From NCBI GenBank assembly GCA_965248535.1, contig CBDFJR010000002.1, positions 1,920,001 to 1,984,000 of the forward strand: 64,000 bases of DNA, read 5' to 3'. The stretch comes from Phormidesmis sp. (lineage in GTDB: Bacteria; Cyanobacteriota; Cyanobacteriia; Leptolyngbyales; Leptolyngbyaceae). The translations under genes and the position numbers were made by a program. The notes below the pieces were generated by a model, which saw nothing but the letters and a program-made list of their open reading frames with translations, had not been told where the DNA came from and made no database searches. Below are positions 10,429 to 18,940 of the stretch, piece after piece; within the stretch, counting starts at the first letter, position 1, and the number at the start of each line of letters is the position of its first letter.

Positions 10429-11001
10429 ATGACCCAAACTAAGCAACGGTTTTGCAGTTTCGAGGAGTATCTTGACTATGACGACGGGACGGATAATGTC
10501 TATGAACTGTTCAACGGAGAGTTAATTGAGGTGCCGCCAGAGTCAGGGTTTAATGTTGAGATTGCAGCTTTTCTCATGGTTCACTTTGCTGCGATCGTAG
10601 GACATCGGAGAGTCAGACCCCACGGACTAGAACTTGAAGTCAGAGGCGAACCGCGTAACCGCTTTCCAGATCTGACCCTTATTCGTGAAGAACATATTGA
10701 ACAACTGAGACGGCGCAACACGATTCGTTTGTCGATGGCTCCTCCGCTGTTGGTCATTGAAGTAGTTAGCCCTGGAGACTTGCAGCGAGACCGTGACTAT
10801 GTGGCAAAACTGGGGCAATATGCCGCGATCTCTGTCCCTGAATATTGGATCATTGACCCTGAAACTCAAGGGATATCTGTCTGCACTCTAATCGACGGAA
10901 GTTATGCAGTGCGGGAGTTTCGAGGGAATGATCGAGTTCAATCTCAGCTTGAGGTTCTTCAAGGGTTGCAGTTGACGGCTAAAGAAATATTGTCAGATTA
11001 G
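10429..11001 (+). CDS. Uma2 (DUF820) family PD-(D/E)XK endonuclease-like protein
   Basis: SFEEYL, RFPDL, LVIEVVSP, PEYWIIDP; ATG 10429 preferred start. Confidence 0.9.
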   Translation: MTQTKQRFCSFEEYLDYDDGTDNVYELFNGELIEVPPESGFNVEIAAFLMVHFAAIVGHRRVRPHGLELEVRGEPRNRFPDLTLIREEHIEQLRRRNTIRLSMAPPLLVIEVVSPGDLQRDRDYVAKLGQYAAISVPEYWIIDPETQGISVCTLIDGSYAVREFRGNDRVQSQLEVLQGLQLTAKEILSD

Positions 11002-11187
11002 ATCAGTTCGAGGCGATCGTGGATGGGGAGTGCAATAACTTGGGTTTCAGGTCTGATGAAAGCATGGTGCAGGTTTTAGGATGCAACAATTGATTTCAGT
11101 ATAGGCACGATCGCCCTGGTTAGATTGAGATACGATCGCTGAAGCAGAAAAGAGCGATCTCTTCTCTCAGAGTCCGGTCAGATACAA

Positions 11188-11472
11188 TCAGTAAACTTCA
11201 TCATGACTGCCAATATCGATCAAGAGGATTTCTTCTTCGTTTGTCTCTAGTTGCTTAATGAAATCGAAAACGATGCGGCAATCGTACTCTACTGTGCAAG
11301 CCCAAGAACCCACTAGTTGCCCTTTAAGCTTGTGAGTTTGGAGGGAGGGTTCAAAAGGATCACTGGACAAAAGCTGTAGGACAGATTCTACTTTTGGCTG
11401 AAGCGCAGGGCGTTTCCGAAGGAGTGCTTTGTAGGCACGCTTAAACGAGGTATCGAAGGTGATGGTTCTCAA
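11188..11472 (-). CDS. RelE/YafQ-family type II toxin (mRNA interferase)
   Basis: FKRAYK, LQTHKLKGQL, DCRIVF, DIGSHDEVY; overlaps the upstream antitoxin by 4 nt. Confidence 0.88.
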   Translation of the reverse strand: MRTITFDTSFKRAYKALLRKRPALQPKVESVLQLLSSDPFEPSLQTHKLKGQLVGSWACTVEYDCRIVFDFIKQLETNEEEILLIDIGSHDEVY

Positions 11473-11681
11473 CGATTTAACTCTGCGATCGCATCTTCCA
11501 CAGAGCCTCTAAATACTGTGCCTGCTTGGTGAGAGGCTTTCGCTTGAACAATGTTGCTAGCAATTTCCGCACGGCGGTGTTCGATGAGTCGGCGCTGGAC
11601 AATTTCGAGTAGCGCCGCTTGATCGTCGATCGAGAGAGATTCGATCGCTTCTAACGCTCCGTTAAATGTGACGGTTTGCAT
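11469..11681 (-). CDS. Cognate antitoxin of the RelE/YafQ-like toxin
   Basis: 70-aa ORF directly upstream of and overlapping the toxin. Confidence 0.75.
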   Translation of the reverse strand: MQTVTFNGALEAIESLSIDDQAALLEIVQRRLIEHRRAEIASNIVQAKASHQAGTVFRGSVEDAIAELNR

Positions 11682-11784
11682 GACGACTGGGACTCCAAGC
11701 AGGAAGGTCTATTGCTTTTATTCTATTCAATCACAAGCAATATCTTGTCTGTTTCACTCCAAGAGCGATCGCACATTCAACAAG

Positions 11785-11818
11785 AAGCGATCGCCCTTAG
11801 GAATTTGGGGGCGATCGC
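11785..11818. repeat. HIP1-capped hairpin repeat, copy 1
   Basis: AAGCGATCGCCCTTAGGAATTTGGGGGCGATCGC; 32/34 identical to 12633-12666. Confidence 0.85.
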
Positions 11819-11858
11819 TGATCTCGAAATCTGTCTACGTTTAATTACGCCTGACCAC

Positions 11859-12263
11859 TTACCAAATAGTTTGGATTGCGTTGCAGGCTTGAATTTTGTG
11901 ATCGCAGGTGACTAGCGGTAGTTTGAGGGAAAGCGCGGTTGCGGCAATGATCCGATCGGGCATATCGGGAACGACTGCGCGATCGATATGAGCCAGATTT
12001 TCGCTAACCTCTAGGTCGAGGGCAACAATTTCAATACTAGGGATATCCGATTTCACAATTTTGAGAATTTGATTGAGAACACCGCTATCAATACGATTGC
12101 GTTCAGTGAGGTATTGCAGTTCAACCATAGAAATTGCGGAAAGATAGATCATTTGCCCTGATTGTGAGGTCTGATCTAGAGTCTGGATCGCCGTTTCGGA
12201 GAGTTTTTCAAGGTTGCTTAAGTACCACACGATCGCATGCGTATCGGCGATTACTGCACTCAT
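11859..12263 (-). CDS. vapC: PIN-domain (VapC) toxin
   Basis: VIADTHAIVW, SAISMVE, DMPDRIIAATA, LVTCD; ATG 12263 overlaps the antitoxin stop. Confidence 0.9.
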   Translation of the reverse strand: MSAVIADTHAIVWYLSNLEKLSETAIQTLDQTSQSGQMIYLSAISMVELQYLTERNRIDSGVLNQILKIVKSDIPSIEIVALDLEVSENLAHIDRAVVPDMPDRIIAATALSLKLPLVTCDHKIQACNAIQTIW

Positions 12264-12490
12264 GGGTAGAATTCCTCGTGGGGAAAACTTGCCCAAGCTT
12301 CTTGGCGGGCTTGGGTGAAGTCTGCCAAGGTGAGATCAACGGCAGTGTTGCGGCAAAGTCCTTTGATGTTAGGGCGCGGTTGTAGACTGCTGACTTTGGT
12401 ATGGAGGAATTCCGCGAAGTTTATGAGTTCGCGCTGTTGTTCTGGGAGAAGGTCGCGCCAGTATTCAAGGAGAAGTTCTTCTTTACTCAT
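12260..12490 (-). CDS. DUF2281-like antitoxin paired with the PIN toxin
   Basis: LLPEQQRELINFAEFL motif; ATGA overlap with vapC. Confidence 0.8.
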   Translation of the reverse strand: MSKEELLLEYWRDLLPEQQRELINFAEFLHTKVSSLQPRPNIKGLCRNTAVDLTLADFTQARQEAWASFPHEEFYP

Positions 12491-12632
12491 GGTTTGGGCG
12501 GCTTTGATCGCGCTTCAGTGGCATTATAACGCTAGCCTTGGGTCGCTCAATGCATTACGCCACGATCGCCCACTCCACAGAACCGCGTTGGCGTAGTCTT
12601 TCCGACTGAGCATCGCCCGTTACTCTATAAAA

Positions 12633-12666
12633 AAGCGATCGCTCTTAGGAATTTGGGAGCGATCGC
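12633..12666. repeat. HIP1-capped hairpin repeat, copy 2
   Basis: AAGCGATCGCTCTTAGGAATTTGGGAGCGATCGC. Confidence 0.85.
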
Positions 12667-12829
12667 GGTTTGGGTGGAGAGATACGATCGCCGATTCAGC
12701 CAACCGAAAGCCCGATCGCCCGTCTCGAAAGGTGATTGGCAGCAAATAGGTGGGCGCACGATTCATAGAAATGCAATTTTACATCCCGTTCTAATTTCCT
12801 TCGACGTTGCGATAATAGAGGGAATCTAG

Positions 12830-12949
12830 TTTAAGATTCGTCCGGCAGTGATCGTGTCTGCGGATATGCTCAATCAGGTTTTGGATGATGTGATGGTGGT
12901 GCCCTGCACGTCAAATACTCGCCGCCCGATCGCATCAATGGTTGTTTAA
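12830..12949 (+). pseudogene. PemK/MazF toxin fragment
   Basis: Translates FKIRPAVIVSADMLNQVLDDVMVVPCTSNTRRP (KxRPxxxxS...N...VVPxTS motif); in-frame TAG just upstream and premature stop. Confidence 0.7.
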
Positions 12950-13165
12950 TCGCAGCGTTGTCACTTTAGTCTACGAGTCGAAAATTTAGGGATGAGCGAT
13001 CGGGCCTTGAAAATCTAAACGAGAGAGTAATAACCGTAGAATTATGCAGTATACATACAATTACTTAGACTATAAATATTAGATGTAAAAACTATACAAA
13101 ATTTACTTAAACATATACGGAGAGCTTTTGCTAGGGTTGCGTGGTTTGTCTACGCGCATGCCCCA

Positions 13166-14823
13166 ATGAATGAGTTGTATTACGGCGATAATCTGGATGT
13201 TTTGCGGAAGTATGTAAAAGATGAGTCGGTTGATCTTTGCTACATCGACCCGCCGTTTAACTCAAAGCGAAACTATAACCAGATCTATAACAATGTGGGT
13301 AAGGAAGATGTTGCCCAAGCTCAAGCATTCATAGACACTTGGGTTTGGGATGATCTGGCAATTAAGGGTTTTGATGAGATTGTTGAAAATCAGCGCGGGA
13401 TTTTTACACCACAAACCATTAACTTGATCTTGGGATTGCAAACAGTTTTAGGTCAAGGAAGTTTGTTAGCGTATCTGATCAGCATGACGCTAAGAGTTGC
13501 CGAAATTCATCGTGTTTTGAAACCGACAGGTAGCTTTTATTTTCACTGTGATCCAAGCTCTAGTCACTATTTGAAGTTAATTCTAGATTCTATTTTCTGC
13601 GCTCAAGGTGGAGATTTTAGTAACGAAATTATTTGGCAACGCACAACAGCTAAATCATGCAATGACTAAGCAATTGCCAAACAACCACGATGTAATTTTT
13701 TGTCTATCACAAAAGTAGAATTTACATGGAATAGTGAAGCCGCATTTCTCTCTTATGATTTAGAGAATTTGAGCAAGAAACGTCTAGCAAATATTCTATA
13801 AGCATTCTTGGGCGATTGTATCAACTAGATAATTTGACTAATCCCAATCCAGATCGCCCAAACATTAACCTACGAGGGTTTTTTTACAAGGGTATGGCGG
13901 TGGACAAAGGAACGGATGCAGACTGCATATGAAGCAAGAATTATCCAACCCCAGGCTCTGTTCCTCGCTTAAAACGTTATCTTGGATGAGCAGGGTTGCC
14001 TTTGGGCGACACCTGGACAGATATTCCACCATTAAGTTCTCAAGCAAAAGAACGCCTCGGATATCCTACACAGAAGCCTGAAGCCCTTTTAGAACGCATC
14101 ATTCAAGCTAGTAGTAACGAAGGAGATGTAATTCTTGATGCCTACTGCGGATGTGGAACAACCGTTGCTGTTGCCCAAAAACTTAACCGTAAATGGATTG
14201 GCATCGACATCACTTATCAAAGCATTAGTTTAATTCTCAAACGCCTTGAAGATAGCTGTGGTCAAGCAGCCGTCTTTAACGTCAAAATGACAGGCATTCC
14301 TAGAGATATGAAATCTGCCGAAGCCTTAGCCAACAAAAACGACGATAGAACCCGCAAAGAATTTGAAAAGTGGGCAATTCTCACCTTTTCTAACAACCGC
14401 GCCGCCATCAATCAAAAAAAAGGAGCCGACAAAGGCATCGACGGCACCGCATTTTTTATCGAGTCTGAAGGCGGACACGGGCGCATTGTTTTTCAAGTCA
14501 AATCTGGCAAAGTCGATTCTCGTGATATTCGCGATCTCCACGGCACCATGACCCGCGAAAAAGCCGCCCTTGGTGTTTTTATCACCCTCAAAAAACCCAC
14601 CAAAGATATGCTGCAAGAAGCCAAAACTTGCGGGCTTTATCATCACAAAATCATGGGATGTTCCTATGACAAAATCGCGATCGTCACCATTCAAGACATT
14701 ATCGAAGACGGTCTCCGGCTCCACGTTCCTCTCAGCATGGAAGTGCTTAAATCTGCCCAGCGCAAAACCACTGAAGACACCCAACTCCCCATCTTTTTAG
14801 AGCAGATGGATGAAGCTGTGTAG
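13166..14823 (+). pseudogene. N4/N6 DNA methyltransferase fused to a C-terminal Mrr-like endonuclease, multiply frameshifted in 13660-14000
   Basis: YGDNL, IDPPFN (motif IV), [24 protein letters not shown] (motif I), DKGIDG..QVKSG; the middle fragments (MTKQLPNNHDVIF, GRLYQLDNLTNPNPDRP, VWRWTKERMQ) are in different frames. Confidence 0.85.
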
Positions 14824-15152
14824 AATGCAACAACTGTCAACCTAGCGATCGCGATTGGTTGCATAGACTAAACTGAAGTTTGAGCATATTTACACAATTT
14901 AAATTTATAGGTGTGATGAGCTTAGTTCATGAATTTTGAATGGGACGATCGAAAAAACGAGCTTAACATTAGCAAACACGGCTTTGACTTTGCTGATGCT
15001 TATCGCATCTTTGACTTGCCAATGGTCGTTGACCTAGATGAGCGCAGCGACTATGGTGAAGACCGCTCGATCGGGACTGGACTGCTAGACGGACGGGTTG
15101 TAGTGGTTATCTACACTGAGCTGATCAAAGAACAATTCGCATTATTTCCCTA

Positions 15153-15995
15153 GAGGGTGTTATGCACTTTTGTTAAACTGGGAGCATGAGTAGAAAGCCT
15201 TACCCAACAGACGTGAGCGACGAAGAATGGGCATTTGTGGCTCCATATTTAACGTTAATGACAGAAAATGCTCCTCAACGAGACCACAGCCTGCGTGAAG
15301 TGTTCAATGGCTTACGGTACGTGGTGCGAGCGGGAGAAGCTTGGCGACTGATGCCGCATGACTTACCGCCGTGGCATACGGTCTACCAACAAACGCAACG
15401 GTGGCTCAAAGCTGGAGTCTTTGAAACGATGGTGCAGGATTTGCGCGAGACTGCGAATTTTAGCGGGACGCAACGAGCAACCGAGTGCGGTGATTCTAGA
15501 CAGTCGCACCTTGCAATCGACGGTGGAAAGTGGACATCGAGCGGGCTACGATGGCGGGAAACGCAAAAAAGGGAGCAAGGTTCACATGGCGGTGGACACG
15601 CTAGGACATTTGCTTGCCCTGCACGTCACGCCTGCGAACGAGCAAGACCGAGCGCAGGTCGCAGAACTGATGCACCAAGTGCAGCAGATGACGGGGGAAT
15701 CCGTTGAGGTCGCCTTTGTTGACCAAGGCTATACAGGAGCGCAAGCTGCCGCCGATGCTGAGGCAGAAGGCATTCGACTGGAAGTGGTGAAACTGCCGGA
15801 GGCAAAGAAATTTTGTGTTGCTGCCTCGGCGCTGGGTCGTTGAGCGCAGTTTTGGCTGGATGTCGCGGTTTCGGCGATTAGCGCGAGATTACGAGCGGCT
15901 CACAGAAACCCTAATTGGCTTTCACCTGATTGCGTTTGTAATATTGATGGTCAGGCAGTTCGTGAGTATCGGATTTAAAAGTGCATAACACCCTC
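15153..15995 (+). mobile_element. IS5-family insertion sequence (IS1031-like), 843 bp
   Basis: Perfect 19-bp terminal inverted repeats GAGGGTGTTATGCACTTTT / AAAAGTGCATAACACCCTC, flanked by a TA duplication (15151-15152, 15996-15997). Confidence 0.93.
15186..15988 (+). pseudogene. IS5-family DDE transposase with two frameshifts (near 15450 and 15810)
   Basis: [56 protein letters not shown] spread over three frames; stop lies inside the right IR. Confidence 0.88.
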
Positions 15996-16028
15996 TAAGA
16001 AAAGCACTCTCTCACGAAAGGAAGCGTT

Positions 16029-16310
16029 ATGAACAATCCCTCAAGAACCGACTGGTCTAGAATCGACGCAATGACCGATGACGACATTGATACATCAGAT
16101 ATTCCGCCGCTTACAGATGAGTTCTTTTCAAAAGCAACCTTGCGGATGCCTGCTTCAGCGCTAGCTACCGTCTCTATTCAGGTTGATTCTAAAACTTTAG
16201 AGTGGTTTCAGTCAAAGGGTGAAGAAGCTGAACACCATATGGCTGCTGCTCTACAAATTTATGCAGAAGCACAAAAAAACGCTGCTAGTGCGCGTCAATC
16301 AGCTCAATAG
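16029..16310 (+). CDS. brnA: BrnA-like antitoxin
   Basis: SRTDWSRIDAMTDDDIDTSDIPPLTDEFF..VSIQVDSKTLEWF; overlaps the brnT 3' end. Confidence 0.85.
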   Translation: MNNPSRTDWSRIDAMTDDDIDTSDIPPLTDEFFSKATLRMPASALATVSIQVDSKTLEWFQSKGEEAEHHMAAALQIYAEAQKNAASARQSAQ

Positions 16311-16417
16311 TACATCAGTTCGATGAGTTTTTGCGCTTCGTTCTCAGCGGCCTCTGCCGAACTGACGTTAATAATATGCTGGAGTGACGAACAGAGTCTT
16401 TTTTGAGATTGACTCTT

Positions 16418-17047
16418 CTAAACTCCTGCTGAAAAGATTTGTTCTGCGGTTAACGTCAACTCTGGGAAGATATCGGAAATAACCCGATCGTTCCCTCGAA
16501 ATTGCTGCACCTGATATTCTCCCTCAAGCAACTGATAAACCGAAATCGTCGGCTGTTTGGGAGAGCCAATATATCGTTTTGCGCCCAATCCTTTAAAATC
16601 GACAATCCAATACTCAGGAATGCCCATCCGTTCGTAGTCTGTCACCTTGTTTCCATAGTCGGTGCCCCAATTAGTACTCACCACTTCTACGGCTAACTTG
16701 ATCGATTCACCCCGTTCGATCGTCGATGATTTCTTCCAGCGAGGTTCATCCTGAAGTGCCGCTCGGTCTAAAACAAGCATGTCTGGTTGATAGCCACTGT
16801 CTTCACCGGGAGGCTTAACAAGGTAGGTTCTGGGAATGATGTATGGCAAATTGAGGCGATCGATTTCAAGAATCAGCTTTCGAGTGGTAAATGCAGTCAC
16901 TTCTTCGTGATCACCTGTTGGCAGCATCTCAACGATCGCTCCTCGATATAGTTCGTAGCGTCCTTCTCGATCGGGATACGACTCTACAAACTCCTCAAAA
17001 CTCATGAACTTTGGCGAAGCTTGAACCACGATGCTTGCCTCTCTCAT
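16418..17047 (-). CDS. Uma2 family endonuclease-like protein
   Basis: SFEEF, YQPD, LAVEVVSTNW, GIPEYWIVD. Confidence 0.9.
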   Translation of the reverse strand: MREASIVVQASPKFMSFEEFVESYPDREGRYELYRGAIVEMLPTGDHEEVTAFTTRKLILEIDRLNLPYIIPRTYLVKPPGEDSGYQPDMLVLDRAALQDEPRWKKSSTIERGESIKLAVEVVSTNWGTDYGNKVTDYERMGIPEYWIVDFKGLGAKRYIGSPKQPTISVYQLLEGEYQVQQFRGNDRVISDIFPELTLTAEQIFSAGV

Positions 17048-17230
17048 CTTTTAACTGACACTACAATAACGCAAACTGAAAAGATTTATTGATTACCGGA
17101 GTTTATGAGGTATACACAGTCAAAATTTATGATAGATTAACCTCAATTCTTCCGCTTAAACAGGTGTCCAATCTTGAGGTTAAAGGGTAAAGGTAGATCA
17201 TTGTTTAGTCCGCATGATCTGCCGAACAGA

Positions 17231-17512
17231 ATGAAGCCAAGACAATTTTGCCGCCTGTGGTTCAACGTCAGCGAAGAAGACGAGAAAGCCAGAGGCTACC
17301 GCACCCAGTGCGTAAATCTGCTTTCCCGCGTTATTGGCTTAGAGAAAGACACCATCGATCGCTGGGGTTCAGGAGTCGATTTTCCTGGGATGCCAGACCA
17401 ATATGAAAACACCCTAGGCTATGCCATGACCATTAAGCGAATGCTGGAGGAGGGCGGAAGAGGTCAGCGCGAGATCTTTCAGGCCGTTTTGCAACAGCTA
17501 GAAGATTCATAA
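17231..17512 (+). CDS. Hypothetical protein, possibly helix-turn-helix-like
   Basis: Open frame 17174-17512 with uncertain start; CVNLLSRVIGLEKDTIDRWG resembles an HTH. Confidence 0.6.
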   Translation: MKPRQFCRLWFNVSEEDEKARGYRTQCVNLLSRVIGLEKDTIDRWGSGVDFPGMPDQYENTLGYAMTIKRMLEEGGRGQREIFQAVLQQLEDS

Positions 17513-17570
17513 AACTTATCAAAGAATTAGTCTCCAACTTTTTACCGGAAAACCTGACTACTTTCTATTG

Positions 17571-17594
17571 ACCCCAAGCCAGGGGTTTTTTATT
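17571..17594 (+). terminator. Possible intrinsic terminator
   Basis: ACCCC-AAGCCA-GGGGT followed by TTTTTATT. Confidence 0.45.
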
Positions 17595-17631
17595 GTCAGA
17601 GAGTCCAGCTATTTTTCACCGCAGCCAGACT

Positions 17632-17865
17632 ATGAGTTATCAAGACTCCCTCAGACCGTGGGTGATTTATCGTCACCTGCCCGATTTTCAGCGTCAATTA
17701 ATCGATCGCTTTCGTCGCCGCACCTACGCCGAAGACTATTTAAAAGTGATTCAGCGCCTCAGCCCCCAAGCTAAATTTGAACTGGTTTACGAAATCGACC
17801 TAAAAAGCGTTCTCGATCGTGGGCAACCCCCCGCCCCACACTGCAATCTAGAACCATTCACTTAA
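17632..17865 (+). CDS. Small basic hypothetical protein
   Basis: MSYQDSLRPWVIYRHLP..RFRRRTYAEDYLKV; resembles recurrent small cyanobacterial ORFs (from recall). Confidence 0.65.
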   Translation: MSYQDSLRPWVIYRHLPDFQRQLIDRFRRRTYAEDYLKVIQRLSPQAKFELVYEIDLKSVLDRGQPPAPHCNLEPFT

Positions 17866-17893
17866 TCATTGTTCAATGCAGTCTTTAAACGAT

Positions 17894-17924
17894 TGACAGG
17901 GACGCTCATAGAACGTCCCTGTCA
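17894..17924. terminator. Hairpin between convergent genes
   Basis: 11-bp inverted repeat TGACAGGGACG/CGTCCCTGTCA. Confidence 0.6.
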
Positions 17925-17958
17925 GCAATCTCTATTCTGTGATTAATCTGTTAGGAGT

Positions 17959-18666
17959 CTAGTAGGTTGGGCTGAGGGCCAAAGAATTATTCAACGTCAA
18001 CGACAAATCAGTTTGAGGATTCACCACCAACACATCAGCACTGCCGCGCTTTAGCAAAAATTGACCCAGTGCACCCAAACCAGCGCCGAGCAACACGTTG
18101 GTTTTAGAAATGCGACGGTTGCCCGTGATGCCCCCAATAATGGCAGCAGCCCCCGCGCCGATTCCAGCCCCGGTCAAAATTGCGCCCGTGTCGGCTCCTT
18201 TTCTGATCGTTTCTTTGCGAGTCACGACCTCAGAAGATGCGTTGATCGGCAAGCGATCGCCGTTGGTCAACACCAGCGTTTTAGCAAAAAACTGAGTCCC
18301 ACCCTGCGAAGGTCTAAGCTCCCCTTCGACCTGGCTTCCTGCCGGAATCAACAGTGAGCCAGACGAGGTGCGAATGTTTCTAGCAATCTTGAGAGTGACA
18401 CCACTGGTTTCGTTGGGGGCCACCACAATTCTCTCTTTGTCATAGGTGACAGGCAAAACTGTGCCCCTCGGAATTCTCACCTGACCCGATTGAGCCTGCT
18501 GAGTCGAAGGATATTGAGGGTACTGAGGATATTGAGGATATTGCTGCGATGGAAACAACGGAGCCGCGTTAGCATTGCCGATCGCAAAGGGCGCAAGACT
18601 GGTTGAGGTCATGCCCAATGTGAGAGCCAGGACAGTCCCCGTTTGCCATTTTCTGAATTTCAACAT
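17959..18666 (-). CDS. Secreted protein with QYP repeats and a glycine-zipper segment
   Basis: Signal peptide (ANA-A), (QYP)4, GAGIGAGAAAIIGG. Confidence 0.8.
   Translation of the reverse strand: MLKFRKWQTGTVLALTLGMTSTSLAPFAIGNANAAPLFPSQQYPQYPQYPQYPSTQQAQSGQVRIPRGTVLPVTYDKERIVVAPNETSGVTLKIARNIRTSSGSLLIPAGSQVEGELRPSQGGTQFFAKTLVLTNGDRLPINASSEVVTRKETIRKGADTGAILTGAGIGAGAAAIIGGITGNRRISKTNVLLGAGLGALGQFLLKRGSADVLVVNPQTDLSLTLNNSLALSPTY
18508..18543. repeat. 4 x 9-bp tandem repeat encoding QYP
   Basis: AGGATATTG AGGGTACTG AGGATATTG AGGATATTG. Confidence 0.85.
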
Positions 18667-18940
18667 TTGCAGATCCTTAATAGTCTTTTGATAGCGATGG
18701 TTTCAATGACCGAAGGAAGTTTAGCAAGGTTCCTAGGGAGGGAAAAATCACCCCCAGGGCATATAACGCCGATTTCTGGCTCCCAGATTGATGATAAAAA
18801 CGGCCCGATCGCACCCCCAGTTTTAAGAGTTTTTAGAAAAACCGTTACGGACTAACCCTTCGAGCGCGTACACTACAAGAAGTGCGAGTGTACTTCGGTG
18901 CATTTGTACTCCATTCATCCGATCGGGTGACCCGCTCTTC

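Larger units (their letters stand above)
14929..16060 (+). pseudogene. brnT: BrnT family toxin interrupted by IS5 (5' part 14929-15152, 3' part 15998-16060), plus a 1-nt frameshift near 15120
   Basis: FEWDDRKNELNISKHGFDF; removing the IS and one TA restores ..TIRIISLRKALSHERKRYEQSLKNRLV*. Confidence 0.88.

Noticed and set aside
11002..12780. CRISPR array among the HIP1-rich intergenic repeats
   Set aside because: The repeats are not regularly spaced with unique spacers; only two near-identical copies, 848 bp apart.
14825..14864. ATGCAAC...GTTGCAT after the MTase as an attC site
   Set aside because: Only 40 bp, with no L boxes; too short for attC.
15440..15460. Programmed -1 frameshift in the IS5 transposase
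   Set aside because: No slippery A-run at the junction, and a second shift near 15810 also lacks bases; indel error or decay fits better.
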